From IMG/VR virus record IMGVR_UViG_3300032309_000708, positions 1 through 58,174 of that record: DNA of 58,174 nucleotides; one strand, given 5' to 3'. A model generated the notes under the pieces. It ran no database searches and was not told where the DNA came from. It saw only the letters and a program-made list of their open reading frames with translations. The translations under genes and the position numbers were made by a program. The number at the start of each line of letters is the position of its first letter. The stretch's first letter is position 1. This document shows, in pieces, positions 46,301 through 55,735 of this stretch. The stretch comes from a virus. Its lineage: Duplodnaviria; Caudoviricetes.

Positions 46301-49300
46301 AGAACCTACAAAATTTGGCGAAGAATCGGGGATGCTTGACGTAAACAAAGCTAGGCTTACTAAGACGCTTGGCGCAAATATGTATAAGGAAAACCTTGCC
46401 GACGTTGCAGTTAAAGAGATGCTGCAAAATTCTTTTGACTCTGTAAAAGCTAATGTTTTCTTTGGAAATATTAAAGAAGGCAAAATAGATATTAAATTTG
46501 ATTCAGGTAAGCGAACTATAACTATTACAGATAACGGGGAAGGCATGACGCCTGAAATCGTTAGAAAAGCTTTCTTTACTATCGGTGGGTCACACAAAGC
46601 TGGTGTACCTATGGAACTGCAAAGTGGCGGTTTTGGTATGGCAAAGCTTGGCTTTATTATGGGGTCCGAAAGTATACAGTTAAATACTGTTAAAGATGGC
46701 GTGCGCACTAAAGTTGATGCTACTTCTGAAGATATAGGCAGTGACAACTTTAAGATACAAAAAAGCCCTGCTCCAGCAAATGAGCATGGCACTACTATAA
46801 CAGTAAAAATACCTGAAACCTATACCGATGCCCGCAGTGGTGATGAAAAATCAGTTTATTTTCCTTATGGCTTATATGGTGTAAGTGCATTAAATCGTCC
46901 ATTAATAGGGCCAGTAGAAGTAAATGTAGATTTTGATGGGGATAAGAAGACCCTTCCTATTGGGGTTAACTTTGATTTTGAAGCTACGCCAAAACTAACT
47001 ACAGTTAAGTTCCCTTGGGGTACAGCAGATGTGTATTTTGGTGTAGAGCGCAAGCCAGAAAGATACGAACCAAAACATAGAGTTTTAAGTAGCGGTGTAT
47101 ATCAGTTTGATTATAATAAATTTAATTTAGGGCAAAATGAACCAATACCATACGACATCATAGTAGATGTTAAATCTGCTGTGGAAGCTACAGATAGAGA
47201 ATATCCGTTTGAAAAAAATAGAGGAAGTTTTAATGAAGTAATTATAGAAGATATAGCATCATTAGCGCAGTATCTTGCAAAAGTAGCTAGAGGCCACGAA
47301 GCAGAAGGATTGCAAGAAACATTTAAAGATATTGTAACTATGCCTCGTACAGAGGTGGGTACAGAAACGGCTGAAGCATCTGCAAAACTTAGAAAAGTTT
47401 TTGACCAGCGTGGCGCAGACAAGGGTACGTACGAGTTACCACCAATGCCTAAAGAAATTATAATATCAGGCGGTACAGTTACAGATAACAAAGGTGCTGT
47501 GCTAGTAGAAAAAGAAAAAACAGAAGATAGAAAACGTGAGTCTGGGTTTGAAGCGGATAAAGCTGCGCCTGAAATGTCCCAGTTCTTAGTGGATATGAAG
47601 CAGGACCCACGACAGCCAATATTTCATAGTAATGTAAATACAGACTTATTAGAAATTGGTCGTAAATATGGTAACCCAGAACAGTTCTTTGCCGAGTTAG
47701 GTACTCTAGTAGTAGAGATGAAAGAGGAACTATCTAAGAGTGGTATATGGACATACGACCAGTTATCTCCAGAAAATCTATTTTTTGCCGGTGTATCCAT
47801 AGATAAAGGCTACGGCGGTGTGTTTATAAGAGTGCCATTTAAAGGTATTTTACTTAACCCGTTCTATGACTGGGGTGCAAAAACTTTATTCGGCGTTCGT
47901 CAAAACTTTTTAAACACAATGATTCATGAGATTGCACACCAAACAAGTGGTGAGCATGATCGCTCTCATGAAAATGCCATGCTAAAGATAGAACAGTATT
48001 TAGCAGATACTGGCACATTAGATTATTTTAGAGACGCTATACTAGATATTCTAGTAAAGCATGAGTCAACTTTTACCGCAATGCGGGAGGCGTATGGAAG
48101 ATCAACAACAAAGAACGTTGCAAAGTCTCTTGAGGATTACGGGAAATCTCCCACCTCAGCAGAAATTGGAAGAGATGAGGGCCGCCGCACAGACACGTCT
48201 GGTAAATTATCAGAACGAGGGGAACCAGTACGGAGTAGCGACTTACGTACCGATAGTGGCGAAACTGGAAAAAGCGAAGTCGGTAGAGGAGGCCCTAAGT
48301 TTTCTGTAAGCAACGAAGAGAAGATTATTAACCAAGGCATGGTTGGGGGTGACTTACACCCAACAGTAGTAGACGCTATTGCTAATAACGACCTTAACGG
48401 TGCGCTAAAACTAGTAGCTGATCGTTTATCTAGTATTGGGTTTAAAACCAAATCGGGTTACTTTTTAGGGCAGCTTGCAAATAGACTAGCAGATTTAAAC
48501 TTGCCTACAGGTATACGTATTGGCGACCAACGTAATTTAACGCGTAGGTCTATTGATTTATCCACTGCCCCTGCACAGATACAACTGTTTAATTTTATAC
48601 GTGTGGCTATGCCAGATGTGTATAACAAGTATTTCCAAGGTTACGATAAAGCTGAAAACCTTGAACAAGTGTATGCCGGTCTAAAGCATATTCAAAACAA
48701 TCCAAAGTTAAAGTCAGTGTTGCCACAGTACGAATCAATATTGCGGTCGTTTGACAACAACATGGTTGCTTTAAAAGCTCTTGGTGTTTACTACCCAAGA
48801 TTCGATGAAATAAATTTAAACGATAAACTCAAAGACGGGCTTTCGTATCAAACGTTTTTACATGAAGTAGTACACGCTGCTACAGAAATACTTTTGCAAA
48901 CGCCAGCAAATGAGCGTACCGCTGAACAAAATGAAGCTATTGCAGAGTTAGAGAAACTATTTAATGCAGCAAAAGCTAATTCGAATGTTGCCCATTATGG
49001 GTTTACAGATTTATCAGAATTTATAGCAGAGGTGTTTACAAACCCGGTATTTATAAAAGACTTAAAGGGTATACCATATCCACCTGCACGTACAAATATA
49101 TTTAATAGGTTTGTAAAGATAATAATGGATTTGATTGGTATGGACAACGTTGCTGGCCGTGCAATGATAGAGGCCCAAAAGTTGTTTAATGCTGACCGTC
49201 CAAACATACCAATGTCGGCGGGTCCTAGATTTGCAACAAGGCAACGTGGACCTATTAGTTCTAAATGGCGAATTGTAGAAGATACCATGAAGAGCGTTAA

Positions 49301-52300
49301 GAATTGGGAAGTTATTAAGAACGACTTAGTTCCTGCAATGTGGGACGCTACTAATGGTGTGTTCCGTAGCGCTATGCTTGGTGTTATGAACTTACGTCAG
49401 ATTGCTGACGTTACTAAAACTAAGTTCCCGCAGATTGACGCTGCTATTCGTACGATTGAAAAGATGCTTGCTTATCGTGGCAAGATTATGAACGACGGCG
49501 GTGAAATTGTTCAACGTTGGACTAAGGCTCAAGCTAAGAACTTAAAAGGTTCGCAGTTGCTAGGTCGTGTTATGTTAGAAGCTACTATTCGTGGGGTAGA
49601 AGTTGACCCACAAAGTAGTCAATATAATCCACTTAATTTTGTAGTAAATAAAGAATTAGTGGACGCTTGGGACGCATTAGGTCCAGACTTCCAACAGATA
49701 TACAGGGATGTACGGGATTTCTATAAACGTGCCGTAGAAGAAACAGTACGCCTAATGAAAGAACGTGCTAACAGTGTAACTGACCCTGTAGAGCGCCAAG
49801 AACTTTTAGACAGGATTGATGCACAGTTTGGCCCTGATAAATTAAAAGGTCCGTACTTCCCGTTGCGTCGTTTCGGTGAGTTCTGGTTCCAAGTGGGTGA
49901 AGGTAACTTTAAAGAATTCTATATGTACGAAAACCGTATAACTAGAACTATAGCTATGCGTGTTAGAAAGCGTGAATTATCCAAAGGTAATGCGCGACAA
50001 CGTGCGCTAGCAGAAACAATAAGTAAGGGTAACGGCGTGTCTACGTTGTACAGTCAGAACGTGGGTACTACTAAAATACTACAAGACGTACAAGATATAG
50101 TTGATAGTATAGGTAATAGCGTGGTTGATACAGCTACAGGCTTACCTAGAGATAAAACTCAAGATGAGTTAAAGGGCGAGATCAGAGATAGCTTAAACCA
50201 GCTTATCTACATACTGCTACCACAACAGAGCATGCGTAAGATGTTTATTAACCGCAAAGCAATTCAAGGCGCAAGCGGCGATATGTTACGTGTGTTTGCT
50301 ACACATGCGGTTCACAGTGCTTACCAACGTTCACGCTTTAAATATGCTCAAGACTTTATGGATAACTTATCCAATGCGCAAAATTGGATTGCTTCGTTTG
50401 CAAAAGGTGATAAGGCTGAAGTTTATCGTGATTATGTAAATGAAGTAGAAAAACGTTCTAAAACAATTTTAGGTACTGAAGATACTAGTTTGGCTGCAAG
50501 AGCTGCGGGTAAGGCTTCTGAGGCAGTGTTCTACTTTATGTTGTCTGCACCGTTTACTGCTATGTTAAACCTAGTGGGCTTTGCTCAAATAGCTATGCCG
50601 TACATTGGTGGTAGATATGGCTACGCAAAAACTAATGCCCGTATATTAGAAAACATGGGTAAGTATTTGCAGACAGTACCGAAGCGTACATTCTCACCTT
50701 TAGTAAACGGTGCTGTAATGGATATGTCTTTCCCTTCTATAGTAGAAGGTGGTAACTTAACTGGCATATTAAAAGACGCGGCACAACAGCTTTTAGACGA
50801 AGAGCAAATTAATATTTCTTTAACTAATGATGTTTTAAATGTTGGTTCAGGCCCAACAGCGGCATATACTGGCACATACAACGCTGTTAAACGTGGTATA
50901 TCCGCTTTGTTCCATCAATCAGAACGTCTGAACCGTGAGATTACATTACTGTCGGTTGTGGAACTTGCATATGAAAAGCTCATGTCCGAGCCTATCAAAG
51001 ATGTTAAAGGTATTGTTAAACGTGACGCACAGGGTCAACCTATGCGTTATACCGACAATGCTACAACCTCTGATGGTACAACTCAGTATTCACAAGAAGC
51101 TTTAGAGTTAGCTATTAACGAAGCTAAAGATATTGCGGGCTTATCGCTTGGTGACTTTACTCGCCAAATGAAACCTAGATTTTTTACGCCACCAATATTA
51201 AGTGTATTAACTAAGTTTAAACAGTATGCAGTTTTAGCTTCTTATGCAGTTATTCGCAATGCACATTTAGGATTACTCAAACCGTTTTCGAAAGCAGAGT
51301 TAAATGAGTTGCGTGGTGTACTAGAAGAGCATTACAAAACTGCTGTAGATAAAGATAAGATAATTGAACAGCAAATGGCTGAAGCGCAAACGCGCCAAAA
51401 AGAAATTGCTAAAGAAGCGCGTCGTAGGCTAGCAGGTATATTAGGTATGACGTATTTGTTTGGTGGCTATGTTGCCTTGCCGTTTTTTAGCACGGTTACA
51501 CCTATACTGGTTGGCATGTTGGCGGGTGACGAAGACGATGAGGACGACTTCTTTGACTGGGAAAATTGGTTTAAGAATTATATGGAAACCGAATTTGGTG
51601 GTTATGTCGGCGCTATGTTACAGAAGTTCGGTGTTGACCAAGAAAAAGCAAATAAGGTAGGTAAAAAAGTTAGTGAGACCCTTGTATATGGTCCAGCTTC
51701 TACAGTTACTGGCGGTGCTTTATCTGATCGTGTTAGCTTAGACTTAAAAAATCTATGGTACAGAGATGGTCGTTATTCACCTGACACCCGTGAAAGTATT
51801 GTAGAAAGCATGATTGCTAACGCAGGTCCTGTGGTTGGTTTAACTGTAAACGCAGCAGACGCATGGGATATGATACAAGAGGGTAAAGTTGGCCGTGCGT
51901 TTGAGAGAATGGCTCCAGCTCTATTTGCTAAACCAGTAACCGCAGCTCGTTTAGCTACTGAAGGCGCTAAAACAAAAGGTGGTGACGTTCTTGTAGATGA
52001 ACTTACAACTACAGAAATAGCATTGCAAGCAATTGGTCTACAACCTTTACGTGTAGCAAAAGCACAAAAAGCTTCAATTGAAACAGTAGAAAAAGTGCAG
52101 AAGATTCAGGACCAGTACAGCTCCTTAATGAATAGGTTATGGATGGAGCGTAACAACCCACAAGAATTTAATGACGCACTTGAAAAACTAAACGAGTTTG
52201 CTATGAAACATCCGGGGTATAAAATAAACGGCAGGACTATAAAAGAGTCGTTTAAGAAACGTGCTGAAGATGCAGCGTTGGCAGATGTGTTTGGTGCTCG

Positions 52301-52364
52301 TATACCTAAGCCGTTACAAAGCGACCCTACAGTTACGAACATGCCAAACTACGGTAAGGATTAA
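43350..52364 (+). CDS. giant polyvalent ejection protein (3004 aa): SAP-like motif, GHKL ATPase, two HExxH metallopeptidase domains
   Basis: TAATG-coupled start; LPELKELA..LGI..GNK..LI; EMLQNSFD, DNGEGM, GGFG and HGT GHKL boxes; HEIAH; HEVVH...EFIAE. Confidence 0.85.
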   Translation: MANTFSFEDALKPAPQQGPTTFSFEDAFKPAVTSGPNPLDPQQPAPVQAAQPAPTPTPVAKEEPGLLNDISKGFQRIPASLAEQYEGIFTRKTAQMAKGNQVQTALYNMIDAGQIKSDSDLNKAYLKLLYGKEQLSPKEILAHGNLKQSLAAADAYEYMNSSPEHRAAMRKGVETAASQSLTRFEESRARSKEREAELEKLAPRVRQFTDIGSPYEAASWAAGRLPEFVGTNLPQIAAGYFTGPGGLALTSVIPELSGGTKERVKYMEGIVKDEPDPAKRSQALIDYINKTQDVTLQAAVLNGLTDMIIGPEAEAVKLGVQSAFKEEVRKEILKKLPKVVGGEALGEGATGGIQEITNMVAERSLGEMQGGVFTAENAKRIINSMADEALGGAGVSTGMQLTKAALAKKNLADTDTPEGRAMRGLDDLVNREEAGTTEDMTVPPAPPAPPTAPQRAIPTEPLFTFDTPEQAQERTNLLKVNRPKENFAVQETEDGKFGVYQIPVGETGGTNVTPPAVNKKEVEQIARGGWFELSDAERLELQGDLQFLKDSGRTITINSIPEEIRAKLSHSALINLKSALNQDINATIAALTPSSKKETATGGEDVTPPITDADGAGTENIGEPPQGTGAGIPPSSEGTGLGVSDTDVTGAGVSEGIQPHTLTRKQFQEANTDLQTFNNLFSPNFELTDNLDTLLTSGTESDLHVASKIFGLKPVIGKKRAAENISATIKKMKLAEGLDPAQVAGMKLPELKELANELGISTYGNKDVLISKINNFYPNLESKVEENLKNYAHETAVRSAVVNGKPVSDEVLKDYPEIAAYATPLGSGAYTQAIKTLSRKMLPQHLMDVPSTARHLREDAEQSGDGRQAAVLRDIADAMEEYYKNAFGIKEEAPAAEETVPTEEEVTALNDTIEKGIKDKLEGLLVGDEVRFGNTPGVVVGLEGDYAKFHSASSSNPKAYTRVLKKQLTFVSRPNTNFTSASSKEPTKFGEESGMLDVNKARLTKTLGANMYKENLADVAVKEMLQNSFDSVKANVFFGNIKEGKIDIKFDSGKRTITITDNGEGMTPEIVRKAFFTIGGSHKAGVPMELQSGGFGMAKLGFIMGSESIQLNTVKDGVRTKVDATSEDIGSDNFKIQKSPAPANEHGTTITVKIPETYTDARSGDEKSVYFPYGLYGVSALNRPLIGPVEVNVDFDGDKKTLPIGVNFDFEATPKLTTVKFPWGTADVYFGVERKPERYEPKHRVLSSGVYQFDYNKFNLGQNEPIPYDIIVDVKSAVEATDREYPFEKNRGSFNEVIIEDIASLAQYLAKVARGHEAEGLQETFKDIVTMPRTEVGTETAEASAKLRKVFDQRGADKGTYELPPMPKEIIISGGTVTDNKGAVLVEKEKTEDRKRESGFEADKAAPEMSQFLVDMKQDPRQPIFHSNVNTDLLEIGRKYGNPEQFFAELGTLVVEMKEELSKSGIWTYDQLSPENLFFAGVSIDKGYGGVFIRVPFKGILLNPFYDWGAKTLFGVRQNFLNTMIHEIAHQTSGEHDRSHENAMLKIEQYLADTGTLDYFRDAILDILVKHESTFTAMREAYGRSTTKNVAKSLEDYGKSPTSAEIGRDEGRRTDTSGKLSERGEPVRSSDLRTDSGETGKSEVGRGGPKFSVSNEEKIINQGMVGGDLHPTVVDAIANNDLNGALKLVADRLSSIGFKTKSGYFLGQLANRLADLNLPTGIRIGDQRNLTRRSIDLSTAPAQIQLFNFIRVAMPDVYNKYFQGYDKAENLEQVYAGLKHIQNNPKLKSVLPQYESILRSFDNNMVALKALGVYYPRFDEINLNDKLKDGLSYQTFLHEVVHAATEILLQTPANERTAEQNEAIAELEKLFNAAKANSNVAHYGFTDLSEFIAEVFTNPVFIKDLKGIPYPPARTNIFNRFVKIIMDLIGMDNVAGRAMIEAQKLFNADRPNIPMSAGPRFATRQRGPISSKWRIVEDTMKSVKNWEVIKNDLVPAMWDATNGVFRSAMLGVMNLRQIADVTKTKFPQIDAAIRTIEKMLAYRGKIMNDGGEIVQRWTKAQAKNLKGSQLLGRVMLEATIRGVEVDPQSSQYNPLNFVVNKELVDAWDALGPDFQQIYRDVRDFYKRAVEETVRLMKERANSVTDPVERQELLDRIDAQFGPDKLKGPYFPLRRFGEFWFQVGEGNFKEFYMYENRITRTIAMRVRKRELSKGNARQRALAETISKGNGVSTLYSQNVGTTKILQDVQDIVDSIGNSVVDTATGLPRDKTQDELKGEIRDSLNQLIYILLPQQSMRKMFINRKAIQGASGDMLRVFATHAVHSAYQRSRFKYAQDFMDNLSNAQNWIASFAKGDKAEVYRDYVNEVEKRSKTILGTEDTSLAARAAGKASEAVFYFMLSAPFTAMLNLVGFAQIAMPYIGGRYGYAKTNARILENMGKYLQTVPKRTFSPLVNGAVMDMSFPSIVEGGNLTGILKDAAQQLLDEEQINISLTNDVLNVGSGPTAAYTGTYNAVKRGISALFHQSERLNREITLLSVVELAYEKLMSEPIKDVKGIVKRDAQGQPMRYTDNATTSDGTTQYSQEALELAINEAKDIAGLSLGDFTRQMKPRFFTPPILSVLTKFKQYAVLASYAVIRNAHLGLLKPFSKAELNELRGVLEEHYKTAVDKDKIIEQQMAEAQTRQKEIAKEARRRLAGILGMTYLFGGYVALPFFSTVTPILVGMLAGDEDDEDDFFDWENWFKNYMETEFGGYVGAMLQKFGVDQEKANKVGKKVSETLVYGPASTVTGGALSDRVSLDLKNLWYRDGRYSPDTRESIVESMIANAGPVVGLTVNAADAWDMIQEGKVGRAFERMAPALFAKPVTAARLATEGAKTKGGDVLVDELTTTEIALQAIGLQPLRVAKAQKASIETVEKVQKIQDQYSSLMNRLWMERNNPQEFNDALEKLNEFAMKHPGYKINGRTIKESFKKRAEDAALADVFGARIPKPLQSDPTVTNMPNYGKD
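45163..45336 (+). CDS. nested +1-frame gene A inside the giant ORF (57 aa)
   Basis: AGGAGGT-4nt-ATG; MLPHLSQTQMELALKILANPHKVPVPESLHHLREQDWVFLIQMLRELEYQKEFSLIH; host frame is a G/T/E/P low-complexity linker. Confidence 0.7.
   Translation: MLPHLSQTQMELALKILANPHKVPVPESLHHLREQDWVFLIQMLRELEYQKEFSLIH
48094..48309 (+). CDS. nested +1-frame gene B inside the giant ORF (71 aa)
   Basis: GGGAGG-3nt-ATG; amphipathic helical MEDQQQRTLQSLLRI...AKSVEEALSFL; host frame is a G/R/S/E linker. Confidence 0.6.
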   Translation: MEDQQQRTLQSLLRITGNLPPQQKLEEMRAAAQTRLVNYQNEGNQYGVATYVPIVAKLEKAKSVEEALSFL

Positions 52365-52397
52365 AAAAGCCCCGCAAAACCAAAAGGCTAGCGGGGC
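52363..52397 (-). terminator. intrinsic terminator at the convergence of the two arms
   Basis: GCCCCGC/GCGGGGC stem followed by T6 on minus strand. Confidence 0.7.
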
Positions 52398-52452
52398 AAA
52401 ACTTGAACGAAGGAGAAAGTAACGAAAGATCGCTAAATTCAAGACCATCATA

Positions 52453-52650
52453 CTACCTAATCCGCCAAACACGCAAGCCCCTAATCCCTTCCTCAATTAC
52501 CAATTTCATAACTACCTTGTACCCGAGTCGGCGGGTCACTGTTTTTATTTCTTCTTTTGCAATATCTTTGTGTATGCACGGGACAAAAAAAGAAGCTCCA
52601 AGTTTGAAGCCTCTCCAATTTATCTCGTAGCTAACACCATCAATTAGCAT
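52453..52650 (-). CDS. small putative DNA-binding protein
   Basis: W....G.SFFVPC and GLRVWR motifs; GAGG RBS before ATG 52650. Confidence 0.7.
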   Translation of the reverse strand: MLIDGVSYEINWRGFKLGASFFVPCIHKDIAKEEIKTVTRRLGYKVVMKLVIEEGIRGLRVWRIR

Positions 52651-55459
52651 CTTCCTCGGTACGTTCTGCTGCGACTTGTTCAGCCAAAAGTGTGGTATCC
52701 ATAAACTCACCTTTAGCGCAGTCAAATACATATGTGTCTACAGGCGGGGTGCTAGATAACTTTGTACCCTTAGACATACGCTTCTTAACCGTGCCTACAT
52801 AGATACCTTCGGTTGCCAAAGAGTTAAGCACATCCTTCATAGTGATTTGGTTCTCAGCACAATACTCTCTGAACTTCTTAGCTATGATGAATAACTTCTG
52901 GGTATCTGGCTCCATGCGTAAAATAAGCTCATACCGTGGCTCCAGTATTGGCAATAGCTCTACCCCTGTACGCTTATCTACATCATCGTTAATTACCAAA
53001 GTATTCATGCGATGCTCATTCCAGAACTCACCTATCACGCTAGCAACAGAAGAAGCTGGTGGCTTAATCTCCTGACGCATTTGGGTAAACTCTTTCAGCA
53101 TCCACTTAAATACCTTGCCGACATCAATATCGATAATCCCAAGACGTTTAGCGAACATCGCACCTGCTAAGTTGCAAGCAGCCACACCCGACCAAAATCT
53201 CTCCCTATTCGTAAAACCAATCTTACGGTCGATAATAATTTGCAAATCTTTAACTTCTTGGATACGTTCCTCAAGATTACAAACCAAGTCACGAAGGTAG
53301 ATACGCCCCGCATGCCCATAGTTTGTGTACAGCTTGGGGAATATCTCGTCGGCCTCTTCCTTTGGTATCTGTGTACTAGCAGGTATCTGCCATTCAACCA
53401 AACGCATAAGCTCACCATCTGGTGTGGACTTCAACGACTTCAGCTTATCCACGCCGGAAGCATTAGAAGAAGATAGAACCATGTTCTGCCATTTAGCAAA
53501 GTTCATACGCTCTACGTTCTCACTAGCTTTCATCCTGCTACGACCACGACCTTGTGAAATAGCATAGGCAAAGTCAGAGAAAGCATCAGGGTGCATCTTG
53601 GTAATCTCATCGCAACCTAAAGGCAGGTTGTTCATAACTCCAAGACGGTGTAGCCGTGTCGCTAAAGTATCCCGCTCAATCAACATAGCTTCTTCTGGAT
53701 GACCATACACACTGTGCATAGCCTTAATAACTGTAGTCTTACCAGTACCAGATTCGTTGTTAATCATGTTTAATAGCGCACCTTTTAGGTTCAAGTGCCT
53801 GAGTAGTGGCCCACCAAAAGCAGTGAAGAACCCAAACGCCATAGGCTCAAAACCCTCACGTCCATACGTATTGATTACTCTCTTCCATTCATCATAGTCG
53901 CCAACAGGTGTAAAGTGATCTGCGATTGGCGATGTGTAACTGGAAGGTGGGCTGTATCTATCTCCATCTGCACAAATTTCTGTATCTCCTACTACAAAAG
54001 ATTTGTTCTTATCTGTCCACCCAAACTGGGTTCTCATAATAGCTGCTCCTTCTTTGTACTGTAGCTCTTTGGTAAACTTAACAATATAGCCCATGATTAA
54101 ATCCATCTGCTTCTTCATAGCTATAACACCATACCAAGCAAGTTTTTCTTTTAGTTTGTCCGGAGTCAATAAATCAACCGCCGGTAACGCAAACTCTTTG
54201 ATGCCATCTTTCGGTGTATGTAAACGCATCCAAACAACTTCGCCGTTCTGTGGGTCTTTCATACGCTTAACTACATACAGGTCATGCTCATACACAAGCA
54301 CTGGGTCATCACCTTCATCCTTTGGTTTAACATATACGCCACCCATCCTGCCCCTAAAATAAGGAAAAGGATATTCAGGTATTGTGTACGTTACTGGCTT
54401 AGAAGCATCGGCTGCTGTGTACTCAACAACGTTATCCTCCGGAGCGGCCTCAACAATCTCTTGTCCTAGCGTAATAGGAGAATTAACTTTCCCTTGATTG
54501 GGGCACCCTGCACAGCCACCCGGATTGATACGCTCAAACGCATCACAAGTATACGGACCCTTGATCTTCGTTATCTTTTGTTGCGTACCTTCTGGTGAGT
54601 AGTCAGGATGACCTAACGATACTTCGTGAATACCAGTAGCCGAGTCAACACAGAATGCAGGTATAGATAAAGCTGCTCTCCATCTTGGCTCTTCAAGAGA
54701 TTCACGATTCTTAATCGCATCTTCAAGCTGCTTACACCCAGTACCCTTTTCATTCTTCAACATGATTGTGCTGAAGCGATGCTGCTTATTACCCATCAAC
54801 GCACGAGTCAACTCATTGATCTGCCCAACAGCATAATCAGGAATCTCATCCATGCTGCCACCAAGTGCTGCTCTAAATGTTTCAAAGTCAGTAGCTGGAG
54901 CTGGCAGTATCACCGTCACGTTAAGTGGTGGGTCAACCTTAAAGTTAAAGGTCTCAGGTACACGAAGAATAGATGCAACGTCCGCAGTTCTAGCAGGGTC
55001 GGCATCAAGCCCATGCTCGTGACACACAACTTTAAGGCGATCAGCTACAGGCTTCCATTGCTGCTTTGTTATGTCAGCAGTAAGAGGCCAATAGGCATGA
55101 ACACCACGTCCTGAGTCAACAAGGTATGGTCTTGGTAAACCTGCAGCAGCACAAAAATCTTTAAGTGCATCAACCCCTTCGGCTTTATCTTTATATGGCT
55201 TACCTTCACCACAATCAATATCTAACCAAAATGCACGAACAGCTTTTATGTTGTCGCCAGTACGAGTTTTCTTAGCTTCGTACTTAGCGCATGCAAAGTA
55301 TGCGTCGTAATGCTTTGCTACTAAATCATCTATTTCTTTTTCAGCTTCTTCTAAGGTCTGCACGAATACTTGTTTCGGCGTTCCTGTCTTCTTTAGTCCA
55401 ACTATGCAGTACCATCCCTCAGACGAGAGGACTGCAGACAGTAAGTCTGTTTTTGCCAT
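52640..55459 (-). CDS. primase-helicase (AEP-type primase plus DUF927 ATPase)
   Basis: WLDID, DSGRGVHAYW, RILRVP-like SILRVPET, C-x9-C..C cluster, SGTGKT Walker A, NYGHAG. Confidence 0.85.
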   Translation of the reverse strand: MAKTDLLSAVLSSEGWYCIVGLKKTGTPKQVFVQTLEEAEKEIDDLVAKHYDAYFACAKYEAKKTRTGDNIKAVRAFWLDIDCGEGKPYKDKAEGVDALKDFCAAAGLPRPYLVDSGRGVHAYWPLTADITKQQWKPVADRLKVVCHEHGLDADPARTADVASILRVPETFNFKVDPPLNVTVILPAPATDFETFRAALGGSMDEIPDYAVGQINELTRALMGNKQHRFSTIMLKNEKGTGCKQLEDAIKNRESLEEPRWRAALSIPAFCVDSATGIHEVSLGHPDYSPEGTQQKITKIKGPYTCDAFERINPGGCAGCPNQGKVNSPITLGQEIVEAAPEDNVVEYTAADASKPVTYTIPEYPFPYFRGRMGGVYVKPKDEGDDPVLVYEHDLYVVKRMKDPQNGEVVWMRLHTPKDGIKEFALPAVDLLTPDKLKEKLAWYGVIAMKKQMDLIMGYIVKFTKELQYKEGAAIMRTQFGWTDKNKSFVVGDTEICADGDRYSPPSSYTSPIADHFTPVGDYDEWKRVINTYGREGFEPMAFGFFTAFGGPLLRHLNLKGALLNMINNESGTGKTTVIKAMHSVYGHPEEAMLIERDTLATRLHRLGVMNNLPLGCDEITKMHPDAFSDFAYAISQGRGRSRMKASENVERMNFAKWQNMVLSSSNASGVDKLKSLKSTPDGELMRLVEWQIPASTQIPKEEADEIFPKLYTNYGHAGRIYLRDLVCNLEERIQEVKDLQIIIDRKIGFTNRERFWSGVAACNLAGAMFAKRLGIIDIDVGKVFKWMLKEFTQMRQEIKPPASSVASVIGEFWNEHRMNTLVINDDVDKRTGVELLPILEPRYELILRMEPDTQKLFIIAKKFREYCAENQITMKDVLNSLATEGIYVGTVKKRMSKGTKLSSTPPVDTYVFDCAKGEFMDTTLLAEQVAAERTEEDAN

Positions 55460-55483
55460 TGCTAGTGTCGTCCCATCTGACGG

Positions 55484-55735
55484 TTATGTTTTGAATCTAG
55501 CCTTTGCTAATACCCCAACGATGGCTTCAGCATGCGTTTTACGGGGCAACCATTCCCCAGAGAACCATTTATAGATGGTCATCCGGCTTACACCGAAATA
55601 CTCGGCAATATCTTTTACTGGAATGTCTTTATGTATGCAGAACCGCCCCAGCATTACACCGGGGCTTTCTGTACTAGCGGCTAGGTTCGCCTTTATGATG
55701 CTCGAAGCGTACCCACGTGGTTCCATCTCTATCAC
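55484..55735 (-). CDS. HTH (Cro/XRE-like) DNA-binding protein
   Basis: VKDIAEYFGVSRMTIYKWFSG. Confidence 0.8.
   Translation of the reverse strand: MIEMEPRGYASSIIKANLAASTESPGVMLGRFCIHKDIPVKDIAEYFGVSRMTIYKWFSGEWLPRKTHAEAIVGVLAKARFKT

Noticed and set aside
51460-51660. Third nested ORF in the giant gene
   Set aside because: No convincing SD or ATG context and an unnatural sequence; the host frame here includes a hydrophobic, structured-looking segment rather than a linker.
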